Shown here: positions 63,963-64,000 of the stretch, piece after piece
Layout of the letters: each line of letters opens with the position of its first letter
Numbering within the stretch: the first letter of the stretch is position 1
Assembly (NCBI GenBank): GCA_951406725.2
Contig: OX597815.1
Coordinates: forward strand, 92,442,001-92,506,000
DNA: 64,000 nucleotides
Direction: 5' to 3'
From: Octopus vulgaris
Taxonomy: Eukaryota
Notes under the pieces: model-generated
What the model saw: the letters and a program-made list of their open reading frames with translations, nothing else
The model's database searches: none
Told to the model about the DNA's origin: nothing
Translations under genes and position numbers: made by a program

Positions 63963-64000
63963 ATTTAAATAGTAAAGAAAGGGAAAAAAAGGAAAGTTTG

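Overview
AT-rich, microsatellite- and transposon-dense eukaryotic DNA; the SINE/LINE repertoire suggests a coleoid cephalopod, probably Octopus (inference). One protein-coding gene is well supported: a spliced BRI3 (brain protein I3) homolog on + with three coding exons (32306-32408, 40658-40788, 43706-43837; 121 aa), a probable non-coding first exon ending at 31690 in a CpG-retaining region, and a probably long 3' UTR containing a 1.7-kb micro/minisatellite. Almost all ORFs in the track are spurious or transposon remnants: RTE, CR1-group and R4/Dong-type (RLE) LINEs, several tRNA-derived SINE families, mariner elements, hAT MITEs, and a Helitron-like and an LTR-like remnant. Four observations stand out. 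(1) A TSD-bounded, head-to-head palindromic insertion in the last BRI3 intron is made of two tRNA-headed elements with Penelope-type minimal hammerhead motifs. (2) Four R4/Dong-like fragments are stacked in (TAA)n tracts. (3) A PHD-like zinc finger lies inside the RT domain of an RTE LINE. (4) A LINE and a neighbouring SINE share a 3' hairpin with compensatory base changes. All calls were made by eye; repeat boundaries are approximate unless a TSD or TIR is quoted.
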